Source: Malacoraja senta
Lineage: Eukaryota
DNA: 60,520 nucleotides
Reading direction: 5' to 3'
Assembly (NCBI GenBank): GCA_038087875.1
Contig: JAXLNO010000073.1
Coordinates: 806,001-866,520 of the forward strand
In this document: piece by piece, positions 12,025 through 23,295 of the stretch
Position numbering within the stretch: position 1 is the stretch's first letter
Layout of the letters: each line of letters begins with the position of its first letter
Translations under genes and position numbers: made by a program
Notes under the pieces: generated by a model
Seen by the model: only the letters and a program-made list of their open reading frames with translations
Database searches by the model: none
What the model was told of the DNA's origin: nothing

Positions 12025-12242
12025 ACAGTGAACAAGGGCCTGTTTCCTTTATCATCGTCACTTTTTGGCATATCTTTCATTCATTTGTTCAATATCTCTC
12101 CACATCACCGTCTGTATCTCTCATTTCCCTTTCCCCTGACTCAGTCTGAATGAGGGCCTCAAACCCGAAACGTCACCTATACCTTCTCTCCAGAGATGCT
12201 GCCTGTCCTGCTGAGTTACTCCGGCATTGTGTGTCTACCTTC
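12025..12242 (+). mobile_element. Penelope-like pLTR fragment
   Basis: Degenerate hammerhead CTGAATGAGGGCCTCAAACCCGAAACGTCAC and pLTR 3' end. Confidence 0.7.
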
Positions 12243-12439
12243 AGCTTGTACATCATGTACAGCATGGAGATTGTGCCGAAGGGCCAGTTCCTGTGCTGTG
12301 GTCTCCTCCATTCCACTTACTGTGTCTGGAGCTTGTATTTCTTTCAACTATTTACTGATGGATTTGATGTGGGGATTGTTTTAATTGCACTGTAATCATG
12401 TGTTGTCTTTCCGCTGACATTGTTGGGTTCACCGGTTTG

Positions 12440-13247
12440 AGTCATAAGTGATAGGAGCAGAATTAGGCCATTCGGCCCATCAAGTCTACTCCGCCATTCA
12501 ATCATGGCTGATCTATCTCTGCCTCCTAACCCCATTCTCCTGCCTTCTCCCCTGACACCCGTACTAATCTATCTATCTCTGCCTTAAAAATATCCACTGA
12601 CTTATAACCATATAACCATATAATTACAGCATGGAAACAGGCCATCTCGGCCCTTCAAGTCCGTGCCGAACACTTTTTCTCCCCTAGTCCCATCTACCTA
12701 CACTCAGACCATAACCCTCCATTCCTTTCCCGTCCATATACCCATCCAATCTATTTTTAAATGATAAAATCGAACCAGCCTCCACCACTTCCACTGGAAG
12801 CTCATTCCACGCAGCTACCACTCTCTGAGTAAAGAAGTTCCCCCTAATGTTACCCCTAAACCTCTGTCCCTTAATTCTCAAGTCATGTCCTCTGGTCTGA
12901 ATCTTCCCTACTCTCAATGGGAAAAGCTTATCCACGTCAACTCTGTCTATCCCTCTCATCATTTTAAAGACCTCTATCAAGTCCCCCCTTAACCTTCTGC
13001 GCTCCAAAGAATAAAGACCTAACTTGTTCAGCCTTTCTCTGTAATTTAGTTGCTGAAACCCAGGCAACATTCTCGTAACTTGTGGCCTCCACAGCCGTCT
13101 GTGGCAAAGATTCCCACAGATTCACCACCCTCTGACTAAAGAAATTCCCCCTCATCTCCTTCCTAAAGGAACGGCCATTAATTCTGAGGCTGTGACCTCT
13201 GGTCCTAGACTCTCCCACTAGTGGAGACATCCTCTCCACATCCACTC
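12440..13247 (-). mobile_element. CR1 3' fragment interrupted by a second CR1 subfamily (about 12604-13075)
   Basis: ORFs 12684-13070 (MLPGFQQLNYRERLNKLG) and 12964-13245; the inner copy ends in a (ATAACCAT) tail. Confidence 0.85.
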
Positions 13248-13322
13248 TTATCTAGCAGTGTGATTTGTGTGGATTAGATCCTTATTCCTGTATTTCCTGT
13301 TTGCATGGATTGTGTGAGTGTG

Positions 13323-14458
13323 GACAAAAATGCTGGAGAAACTCAGCGGGTGCAGCAGCATCTATGGAGCGAAGGAAATAGGCAACGTTTCAGGCCGAAA
13401 CCCTTCTTCAGACTGATGTAGGGTGGGGGATGGGGGGCGGGAAGAAGCACGGAAGAGGAGGTGCCAGAGGGCGGAGGGAGAGCTGAGAAGGGGAGGAGAC
13501 AGCAAGGGCTACTGGAAATTGGAGAAGTCAATGTTCATACCGCTGGGATGCAGACTGCCGAAGCAGAATATGAGGTGCTGCTCCTCCAATTTCCGGTGGT
13601 CCTCACTGGCCATGGAGGAGGCCCAGGACAGAAAGATCGGATTCGGAATGGGAGGGGGAGTTGAAGTGCTGAGTCACCGGGAGATCAGGTTGGTTATTGC
13701 GGACCGAGCGGAGGTGTTCGGCGAAACGATCGCCAAGCCTACGCTTGGTCTCACCGATGTAGATCAGCAGACATCTAGAGCAGCGGATGCAATAGATGAG
13801 GTTGGAGGAGATGCAGGTGAACCTCTGTCGCACCTGGAACGACTGCTTGGGTCCTTGAATGGAGTCAAGGGGGGAGGTAAAGCGACAAGTGTAGCATCTC
13901 TTGCGGTTGCAAGGGAAAGTACCAGGGGAGGGGGTGGTTTGGGTGGGAAGGGAAGAATTGACCAGGGAGTTACGGAGGGAGCGGTCTTTGCGGAAGGTGG
14001 ACATGGGGGGTGATGGGAAGATGTGGCGAGTGGTGGGGTCACGTTGGAGGTAGCGAAAATGAAGGAGGATCACTTGTTGTATGTGACGGCTAGTGGGGTG
14101 GAAGGTGAGGACTAGGGGGACTCTGCCCTTGTTGTGAGTGGTGGGATGGGGAGAGTGAGCAGTGTTACGGGGTATAGAAGAGACCCTGGTGAGAGCCTCA
14201 TCTATGGTAGGGGAGGGGAACCCCCGTTCCCTGAAGAATGAGGACATTTCAGATGCCCTGGTGTGGAACGCCTCATCCTGGGAGCAGATGCGGCGTAGAC
14301 GGAGGAATTGGGAGTAGGGGATGGAGTCCTTACAGGAAGCAGGGTGGGAAGAAGTGTAGTCCAGATAGCCATGGGAGTCAGTGGGTTTATAGTGGATGTC
14401 GGTCAGAAGTCTATCACCTGCGATGGAGATAGTGAGGTCAAGGAATAGTAGGGAAGTG
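13323..14458 (-). mobile_element. Penelope-like element (Neptune-like): RT C-terminus, Cys-rich linker, GIY-YIG endonuclease, pLTR
   Basis: ORF 13603-14247 FRERGFP...RVPLVLTFHP...PCNRKRCYTC...YIGETKRRL; longest Penelope copy in the window. Confidence 0.9.
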
Positions 14459-14526
14459 ATTGTGAGGTCACGAAGGTTTGATTGCCCTCAAGTTGAGAGC
14501 AATATAATTGCAGATATTGAGTCATC

Positions 14527-14850
14527 GTTTAGTTTAGTTTAGTTTAGAGATACAGCGTTGAAACAGGCCCTTCGGCCCATCGAGTCTGCACTGACCAGCG
14601 ATCCCCACACACTAACACTATCCTACACACACTGGGGACAATTTTACACATACACCAAGCCAATTAACCTACAAACCTGAACATCTTTGGAGTGTGGGAG
14701 GAAATGGAAGATCTCGGAGAAAACCCACGCGGTCAGGGGGAGAAGGTACAAACTTTGTAGAGACAGCACCCGTAGTGGGGATGGAACCCGGGTCTCCGGC
14801 GCTGCAAGCGCTGTAAGGCAGCAACTCTACCGCTGCTCCACCGTGACGCC
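14527..14850 (-). mobile_element. tRNA-derived SINE (HE1-like)
   Basis: (TTTAG)n tail at left and reverse A/B boxes at right. Confidence 0.85.
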
Positions 14851-14934
14851 CTGCATGGTGTGTTATTATGCAGTTGCAGTCGATGTATATCCATAGCTGC
14901 CGATGTCTATCTGCTCAGTCTGCCTGGACCTTCC

Positions 14935-15180
14935 TTCGTTTAGTTTCGTTTTAATTTAGTGTATTGTCACGTGTACCGAGGTACAGTGAAAAGTGTTTGT
15001 TACATGCTATCCAGTCAGCGGAAAGACAACACATGATTACATGATCCATTTACAGTGTACAGATACAGGATAAGGGAATAACGTTTAGTGCAAGGTATAG
15101 CCAGCAAAGTCCGGTCAAAGATAGTCCGAGGGTCACCAATGAGGTAGATGGTAGTTCAGGACTGTTCTCTGGTTGTGGTC
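14935..15180 (-). mobile_element. Rex1/Babar-like 3' UTR
   Basis: Reverse-complement match to the 3' UTR at 6590-6800. Confidence 0.65.
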
Positions 15181-15194
15181 CGATTATAAGGTCC

Positions 15195-15500
15195 TAAGGA
15201 ATAGGAGCAGAATTAGGCCATTCGGCCCATCAAGTCTACTCCGCCATTCAATCATAGCTGATCTATCTCTCCCTCCCAACCCCATTCTCCTGCCTTCTCC
15301 CCATAACCCCTGACACCCGCACTAATCAACAATCTATCTCTCTCTGACTTGTGGCCTCCACAGCCGTCTGTGGCAAAGAATCCCACAGATTCACCACCCT
15401 CTGACTAAAGAAATTCCTCCTCATCTCCTTCCTAAAGGAACGTCCTTTAATTCTGAGGCTGTGACCTCTAGTTCTAGACTCTCCCACTAATGGAAACATT
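15195..15500 (-). mobile_element. CR1 3' end
   Basis: Reverse-complement CR1 3' UTR and ESRTRGHSLRIKG motif. Confidence 0.85.
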
Positions 15501-15578
15501 CAGATGTCCTGTTAACAGCTGGGAAGAAACTGTCCCTGGACCTGGAGGTGAGCTTTTTCACACTTCTGTACCTTCTAT

Positions 15579-16010
15579 ACCTGATCTCCCGGTTGCCAAA
15601 CACTTTAACTTGCCCTCCCATTCCCACACTGACCTTTCTGTCCTGGGCCTCCTCCATTGTCAGAGTGAGGCCCAGCGCAAATTGGAGGAACAGCACCTCA
15701 TATTTTGCTTGGGCAGCTTACACCCCAGCGGTATGAACATTGACTTCTCTAACTTCAAGTAAACCCCAGCGTTCCCCCTCTCTCCATCCCTCCCCCACTA
15801 AAGTCATTGTACTAGTTTCAAAGTTGTCTTGTTGAGTCTCATTGTCTGTAACTCGTTTTCACCTAGCCCACAGCTAACAATGGCCTGTTTCCTTTATCAT
15901 CATAATTTTTTCATTCATTTGGTCTATATTCTAAATCTCTCATTTCCCAATCAGCCCTCAGTCTGAAGGAGGGTCTCGACTGGAAACGTTACCCATTCCT
16001 TTTTTTCCAG
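15579..16010 (+). mobile_element. Penelope-like endonuclease C-terminus and pLTR
   Basis: PDLPVAKHFNLPSHSH...MNIDFSNFK; degenerate hammerhead near 15962-15992. Confidence 0.8.
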
Positions 16011-16184
16011 GGATTGGGCCGAAGGGCCTGTTTCCGTGCTGTATCTCGAAGCTAAACTAACACAAACGACGACAATATCTGCAATTATATTCCCCTCAGC
16101 TTGAAAAACCACATGCACACAATGCATGCAAACAGGTAATACAGGAATAAGGATCTAATCCATACAAATCACACTACTAGATAA

Positions 16185-17097
16185 GAGTGGATGTGGAGAG
16201 GATGTCTCCACTAGTGGGAGAGTCTAGGAACAGAGGGCACAGCCTCAGAATTAAAGGACGTTCCTTTAGGAAAGAGATGAGGAGGAATTTCATTAGCCAG
16301 AGGGTGGTGAATCTGTGGAATTCTTTGCCTCAGCAGACTATGCAGGGCAAGTCAGTGGATATGGTTAAGGCAGAGATACATAGATTGTTGGTACACAAAA
16401 ATGCTGGAGAAACTCAGCGGGTGCAGCAGCATCTATGGAGCGAAGGAAATAGGCCATGTTTCGGGCCGAAACCCTTCTTCAGACTGATAGGGGGTGGGGA
16501 GAAGAAAGGAAAAAAGGAAAAGGCGGAGGAGGAGCCCGAGGGCTGGGGGAGGGGAGGAGACAACCAGATGGCTGATGAAGGGGAGGGGACAGCAAGGGCT
16601 AGCAGAATTGGGAGAATTCAATGTTCAAGCCCCCAGGATGTAGACTGCCCAAGCGGAATATGAGGTGCATTTCCTCCAATTTCCGGTGTTGCTCGCTGTG
16701 GCCATGGAGGAGACCCAGGACAGAGAGGTCAGATACGGAATGGGAGGGGGAGTTGAAGTTGCTGAGCCACCGGGAGCTCAGGTTGGTTATTGCGGACCGA
16801 CCGGAGGTGTTCGGCGAAACGATCGCCAAGCCTCCGCTTGGTCTCACCGATGTAGATCAGCTGGCATCTAGAGCAGCGGATGCAATAGATGAGGTTGGAG
16901 GAGATGCAGGTGAACCTCTGTCGCACCTGGAATGACTGCTTGGGTCCTTCATAGATTGTTGATTAGTACAAGTGTCAGGGGTTTGGGGGAGAAGGCAGGA
17001 GAATAGGGTGAGGAGGCAGAGATAGATCAGCCCTGATTGAATGGCAGAGTAGACTTGATGGGCCGAATGGCCTAATTCTGCTCTTCTCACTTATGGC
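16185..17097 (+). mobile_element. CR1 3' end split by a Penelope insertion
   Basis: DVERMSPLVGESRNRGHSLRIKG; the 3' UTR resumes at 16950. Confidence 0.85.
16391..16949 (-). mobile_element. Penelope-like element, GIY-YIG and pLTR, with 12-bp TSD
   Basis: ORFs 16729-16926 and 16599-16847; TSD CATAGATTGTTG at 16379-16390 and 16950-16961. Confidence 0.9.
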
Positions 17098-17123
17098 CGT
17101 ATGACTGACCCGCTAAGTGACCT

Positions 17124-17225
17124 AAGATAAGACACAAAGTGCTGGAGTAACTCAGCGGGACAGGCAGCAGCATCTCTGGAGAGAAGGAATCGGGTGACGT
17201 TTCGGGTCGAGACCCTTCTTCAGGC
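17124..17225 (-). mobile_element. Penelope pLTR tip with intact hammerhead core
   Basis: Reverse complement of 17194-17223 reads CTGAAGAAGGGTCTCGACCCGAAACGTCAC. Confidence 0.8.
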
Positions 17226-17605
17226 AATCTTCCTGAGCTTGCTTACTGGGGACGAGGGGGTTCTCTCAGCTCAGGATGAAGGTTTAGATTAGAGCAACTA
17301 CCCTGGGAAGGACTTGGATCAGTCACAGTCAGTTTCCACTGATGAAACCTCAGCGAAACAGTCGGAGTTTATCGGTGTCATTAAGTTTCAGGACATGCGG
17401 TTTTCAGGACAGACTATGCTTTGTTTACCCTGACAATGGGTGTCCAGGGACCCTGGCTTTTAGTTCCAGATTGGTCACAGCCGGATTCCACGGACCGCAG
17501 AGACCTGCCAGCCTGCAGTTCCCTTTCCCCAGAACCACAATGATTTCTGTGGACGGCAACTCGGGAAGGAAACACTGGTCTGCAAAGGCAGCACGGTGTC
17601 AATAA

Positions 17606-18940
17606 ACAATAGACAATAGGTGCAGGAGGAGGCCATTCGGCCCTTCGAGCCAGCACCGCCATTCAATGTGATCATGGCTGATCATCCACAATCAGTACCC
17701 CGTTCCTGCCTTCTCCCCATATCCCCTGACTCCGCTATCTTTAAGAGCCCTTTCTAGCTCTCTCTTGAAAGCATCCAGGGAACCGGCCTCCACCGCCCCC
17801 TGAGGCAGAAAATTCCACAGATTCACAACTCTCTGTGTGAAAAAGTGTTTCCTCATCTCTGTTCTCAATGGCTTACCCCTTAGCCATTATCACATTGCTG
17901 GTTTGACGGGCCGAATGGCCTACTCCTGCACTTATTGTATATTGTCTATTGTCTATTGTCTATTGTCTATTATTCTTAATCTGTCGCCCTTGGTTCTGGA
18001 CTCCCCCAACATCAGGAACGTATTTCCGGCCTCTAGCGTGTCCAAACCCTTAATAATCTTATATCTTTCAATAAGATCCCCTCTCATCCTACTAAATTCC
18101 AGAGTATACAAGCCCAGCTGCTCCATTCTCTCAGCATATGACAGTCCCGCCATCCCGGGAATTAACCTTGTGAACCTGCACTGCACTCCCTCAATAGCAA
18201 GAATGTCCTTCCTCAAATTAAGGGACCAAAACTGGACACAATACTCCAGGTGTGGTCTCACTAGGGCTCTGTACAACTGCAGAAGGACCTCTTTGCTCCT
18301 ATACAACTCCTCTTGTTATGAAGGCCAACATGCCATTCGCTTTCTTCACTGCCTGCTGTACCTGCATGCTTACTTTCATTGACTGATGAACAAGGACTCC
18401 CAGATCCCGTTGTACTTCCCCTTTTCCCAACTTGACACCATTTAGATAATAATCTGCCTTCCTGTTTTTGCTACCAAAGTGGATAACCTCACATTTATCC
18501 ATATGAAACTGCATCTGCCATGCATCTGCCCACTCACCCAACCTGTCCAAGTTACCCTGCATTCTCATAGCATCCTCCTCACAGTTCACACTGCCACCCA
18601 GCTTTGTGTCATCTGCAAATTTGCTAATGTTACTTAGAATCCCTTCATCTAAATCATTGATGTATATTGTAAATAGCTACAGTCCCATCACCGAGCCTTG
18701 CGGTACCCCACTAGTCACTGCCTGCCATTCTGAAAGGGACCCGTTAATCCCTACTCTTTGTTTCCTGTCTGCCAACCACTTCTCTATCCATGTCAGCACT
18801 CTACCCCCAATACCATGTGCCCTAATTTTGCCCACTAATCTCCTATGTGGGACCTTATCAAACGCTTTCTGAAAGTCCAGGTACACTACATCCACTGGCT
18901 CTCCCTTGTCCATGTTCCTAGTTACATCCTCAAAAATGTC
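17606..18940 (-). mobile_element. CR1 LINE, RT domain to 3' tail, frameshifted, with an opposite-strand CR1 tail inserted at about 17882-17970
   Basis: ORFs 18677-18949 (DVVYLDFQKAFDKVPH, SGVPQGS), 18299-18589 and 17953-18306. Confidence 0.92.
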
Positions 18941-19412
18941 ATCAAGCATAATTGTGCGGGAAGGAAATGCAGAATAGTGAAAGGCTTGGATGAAGTGGAC
19001 GTGGAGAGGATCTTCCCATTTGTGGAAGCGTCAGAAGGTCAGAAGGTCAGATGTGGTAGGGGGTAGAATTGGGCCATTCAGCCCATCAAGTCTACTCCGC
19101 CATTCAATCATGGCTGGTCTACCTCTGCCTCCTAGCCTCATTGTCCTGCCTTACCTCTGTAACTCCTGACGCCCGCACTAACCAAGAATCTATCTACTGT
19201 ATCTCTGCTTTAAACATATCTGCTGACTTGGCTTCCACTCTGTGGCCAAATAATTCCACCGTCTAGGATCAGAGGTCATAGCCTCGGAATTAAAGGACAT
19301 TCCTTTAGTCGGAGGTGAATCTGCTAAGCTCGGCACAAAAGCACATATGCACCCTGCAGTCCTAAGCACATCTGCTATGACACACTGGCAGCCCTATCAT
19401 AAGGTCATGGGA

Positions 19413-19756
19413 TAGAAACATAGACAATAGGTGCAGGAGGCCTTCGAGCCAGCACCGCCATTCATTGTGATCATGGCTGATCATCCCCAGATGTGGTCTT
19501 ACCAGAGCCCTATACAACTGCAGAAGAACCTCTTTACTCCTATACTGAAATCCTCTTGTTACGAAGGCCATTGTATAGGGCTCTGGTAAGACCACATCTG
19601 GAGTATTGTGTACAGTTTTGGTCTCCTAATTTGAGGAAGGACATCCTTGTGATTGAGGCAGTGCAGCGTAGGTTCATGAGATTGATCCCTGGGATGACGG
19701 GACTGTCATATGAGGAAAGATTGAAAGGACTAGGCTTGTATTCATTGAAGTTTAGA
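19413..19756. mobile_element. Rearranged CR1 with an internal inversion
   Basis: Minus-strand tail and segment 19413-19570, then plus-strand segment 19571-19756; 31-bp perfect inverted repeat at 19487-19517 and 19571-19601. Confidence 0.75.
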
Positions 19757-20205
19757 TAGGAGTAGAATTAAGTCTCCTTCACCATTCAATCGTGGCTGAT
19801 CTATCTCTCCCTCCTAACCCCATTCTCCTGCCTTCTCCCCAGACACCCGCACTAATCAAGAATCTATCTCAGCTTACAAATATCCACTGACTTGGCCTCC
19901 ACTGCCTTCTGTGGCAATGAATTCCACAGATTCTCAGCCCTCTGGCTAAAGAAATTCCTCCTCATCTCCTTCTGAAAAGACCATCCTTTAATTCTGAGGC
20001 TGTGCCCTCTGGTCCTAGACTCTCCCACTAGTGGAAACATCCTCTCCACATCCACTCTATCCAAGCCTTTCACTATTCTGTACGTTTCAATGAGGTCCCC
20101 CCTCATTCTTCTAAACTCCAGCGAGTACAGGCCCAGGGCTGACAAACGCTCATCATAGGTTAACCCACTCATTCCTGGGATCGTTCTTGTAAACCTCCTC
20201 TGGAT
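19757..20205 (-). mobile_element. CR1 3' end
   Basis: ORF 19864-20172 carries CR1 motifs. Confidence 0.88.
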
Positions 20206-20234
20206 TCTGAATTAAACTCATGCACGCTTTAAAA

Positions 20235-20470
20235 AAAAGTGCTGGCACCTTTCCAAGAGATTGGAGGTTTGCCCAGATCTATGTCATCTGCGGAGAGCAG
20301 GGTGAATCCAATCCAGCTAATTACTGCCAAAGGAGTAGACAAAACTCTCCGGATCATTATCAGGACAGGAGGTCACGATCCGAGCTGCAAAGTGGCACTT
20401 AATCGCCAATAATCTGCTCACAAGTAGCCAGCAAGCCATCAAGGTGGAAGCGTTTAACTAGTTTGTGTCA
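20235..20470 (+). mobile_element. Ancient LINE RT N-terminal remnant
   Basis: GTFPRDWRFAQI...SNPANY and a downstream NNLLTSSQ resemble the non-LTR RT motif G.FP..WK.A.V.P..K....NP.NYRP. Confidence 0.55.
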
Positions 20471-20554
20471 TAACCTGAATTGTGCAGATGTTCGTGGGAA
20501 TTATTTTTTTCGCGTGCATGTCAGATCTTAGCAAGACTATGAAAAGACTGTTGT

Positions 20555-21300
20555 ATTTCGGGACGTCTAACAAGGGTAGGACCTACACAGTGGAAGTTAG
20601 GCCTCTGGGTAGTGTTGTAGAGCAGAGGGACAGGTGCAAGATTCCTTGAAGGTCGAGACACAGGTAGATAAGGTGGTCAAAAAGGCTTTTGGCACTTTGA
20701 CCTTCATCAGTCAGAGTATTGAGTATAGAAATTGGGAGGTCATGTTGCTGTTGTATAAGACGTTGGTGAAACCTCATTTATAATATTGTGTTCAGTTCTG
20801 GGCACCATGTTATAGTCAAGCTGGAGAGGGTTCAGAGAAGATTTACAATGATGTTGCCAGGACTAGAGGGTGTGAGCTACAGGGAGAGGTTGAGTAGGCT
20901 GGGTCTCTATTCCTTGGAGCGCAGGAGGATGAGGGGAGATCTTATAGAGGTGTATAAAATCATGAGGGGAATAGATCGGGTAGATGCACAGAGTCTCTTG
21001 CCCAGAGTAGGGGAATCGAGGACCAGAGGACATAGGTTCAAGGTGAAGGGGAAAAGATTTAATAGGAATCTGAGGGGTAACTTTTTCACACAAAGGGTGG
21101 TGGGTGTATGGAACGAGCTGCCAGAGGAGGTAGTTGAGGCTGGGACTATCCCAATGTTTAAGAAACAGTTAGACAGGTACATGGAGAGGACAGGTTTGGA
21201 GGGATATGGTCCAAACGCAGGCAGGTGGGACTAGTGCAGCTGGGACATGTTGGTCGGTGTGGGCGAATTGGGCCAAAGGGCCTGTTTCCATCACTATGAT
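20555..21300 (+). mobile_element. CR1 3' fragment
   Basis: ORF 20788-21234 is a CR1 RT C-terminus. Confidence 0.9.
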
Positions 21301-21539
21301 GACCCTATTAGAGTAATTTGGGAGTAAGTTTTCAGGAAGGGGACAGGGCAGGTTTACAAGCCTACCTTTTGGGGGCAGCATGAGTGCATCAGTGATCAAA
21401 AAACTGTTTGAGTTCACGGAAAAGGGGAGAGATGGGATGGGATCAAAGACGCAGCAGGTAGAGTTGCTGCCTGACCGCGCCAGAGCTCCCGGTTCGTTCC
21501 CGACTATGGGTGCTTGCCTGTATGTTCTTCCCGTGACCT

Positions 21540-21664
21540 TCTTCTTCTTGCGTGTGGCGTACACAGCCTAAAGTTTTTGGACAACTTGTTCTATTTGATC
21601 TTTTGTTTGTGCACGTCGAGTTGATTGCATTAGTCGAAGCAGGGCGGACCACGTGAAGGTTGCA
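21540..21664 (-). mobile_element. Short non-autonomous retroposon with (AAG)n tail and 12-bp TSD, possibly RTE- or Ingi/Vingi-mobilised
   Basis: TSD TTCCCGTGACCT at 21528-21539 and 21665-21676; minus strand ends ACGCAAGAAGAAGA; unrelated to other repeats in the window. Confidence 0.85.
21623..21664 (-). ncRNA. HDV-like (CPEB3-type) ribozyme, 5'-truncated
   Basis: Minus strand TGCA(P2)-ACC(P3)-TTCACGT(L3)-GGT(P3')-CCGCCCT(P1')-GCTTCGA-CTAA(J4/2)-TGCAATC(P2'); the 5' strand of P1 is absent in this copy. Confidence 0.72.
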
Positions 21665-21921
21665 TTCCCGTGACCTGCGTGGCCTTTTCTCCAGGTTTGT
21701 GTCAATATAAATTGTCCCCAGTGCATGTAGGGTGGTGTTAGTGCGCGTGGATTGCTGGGCGGCATGCACTCGGTGGGCCGAAGGGCCTGTTTCTGCGCTG
21801 TATCTCTAAACTAAGCTCTAGAGTGTGGTAAGGTCAGTTCTATTTGACAGAGAAATGATTTAGCAAAAATGTTTTAGAAGCAGCGATATCAGAGGAAAGC
21901 TGCAGACCCAGGAAGTCGGAG

Positions 21922-22530
21922 ATCATAAGATCATGAAATAGGAGCAGAATTAGGCCATTCGGCCCATCAAGTCTACTTTGCCATTCAATCATCGCTGATC
22001 TATCTCTCCCTCCTAACCCCATTCTCCTGCCTTCTCCCCATAACCCCTGACACCCGCACTAATCAAGAATCTATCTATCTCTGCCTTAAAAATATCCACT
22101 GACTTGTGGCCTCCACAGCCGTCTGTGGCAAAGAATTCCACAGATTCACCACCCTCTGTCTAAAGAAATTTCTCCTAATCTCCTTCCTAAAAGAATGTTC
22201 TTTAATTCTGAGGCTGTGACCTCTGGTCCTGGTGGAAATATCCTCTCTACATCCACTCTATCCAAGCCTTGCACTATTCGGCACCTTTCAACCCTCATCC
22301 TTCTAAACTCCAGCGAGTACAGGCCCAGCGCCGACAAAACGTTCGTTAGACGCCAACCCACTCATTCCTGGGATCGTTCTGGTAAACCTCCTCTAGACCC
22401 TCTCCAGATATTTCCTCAGATACGGGGACCCAAAACTGCTGACAAATTCTCCAAGGTGCGGCCTGACCAGCGGCTTCTCGATCCTCAGCGTGACATCCCT
22501 GTTTGTGCGTACAAGCCCTCTCTCGAAATA
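21922..22530 (-). mobile_element. CR1 3' fragment with degenerate 5' half
   Basis: Reverse CR1 3' UTR; ORFs 22146-22361 and 22393-22665 carry partial CR1 motifs. Confidence 0.8.
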
Positions 22531-22910
22531 AAATCGAGATGGTCTGGAGTTTGAGCAGTAAATTAGCAAATGTACTTTGATCCAGAGAAGTCGCAAGGTG
22601 GCATTTGGGAAGGTGAAACTAGACAAGAGAGTCACACAGCACGGAACCGTGGCCTTTTGGCCCAACTAATCTACCACAACCAAGATGGCCGCCCACGCTT
22701 GTCGCATTTACCTGTTTACTGTATGTTTGCATACAATTTCAACCTCCAATGCACAGAACAGTATAATCTTTTGAGTTTGTAATTATAGAACATTTCACTG
22801 TTGATTTTAAAACATTCATTGGCTGCCAAATCTTATTTGAAGTTAGATTATGAAACTGATACAAACTTTTCTTCATTCCTGTACCCGACCTGAATATGAT
22901 GGTGGGACTG

Positions 22911-23295
22911 ACATGGAAACATAGAATTAGTGCAGGAGTAGACCATTCGGCCCTTTGAGCCAGCACCGCCATTCAATACGATCATGGCTGATCATCTAAA
23001 ATCAGATCCTGCTTTTTCCCCATATCCCTAGATTCTTCCAACCCTAAGAGCTAAATCTAACTCTCTCTTGAAAGCATCCAGTGAATTGGCCTCCACTGCC
23101 TTCTGTGGCAGAGAATTCCACAGATTCACAACTTTCTGGGTGAAAAGGTTTTTCCTCATCTCAGTCCTAAATGGCCTACCCCTTATTCTTAAACTGTGTG
23201 ACCCCTGGTTCTGGACTCCCCCAATATCGGGAACATGTTTCCTGCATCTAGCCTGTCCAATCCCTTAAGAATTTTAAATGTTTCTATAAGATCCA
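22911..23295 (-). mobile_element. CR1 3' end
   Basis: (CATAGAA) tail and reverse FFTQKVVNLWNSLPQKAVEA. Confidence 0.85.

Larger units (their letters stand above)
21445..21815 (+). mobile_element. tRNA-derived SINE (HE1-like), host of the 125-bp insertion
   Basis: B-box-like GGTTCGTTCCC, SINE body and CR1-like tail; interrupted at 21540-21664. Confidence 0.8.
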
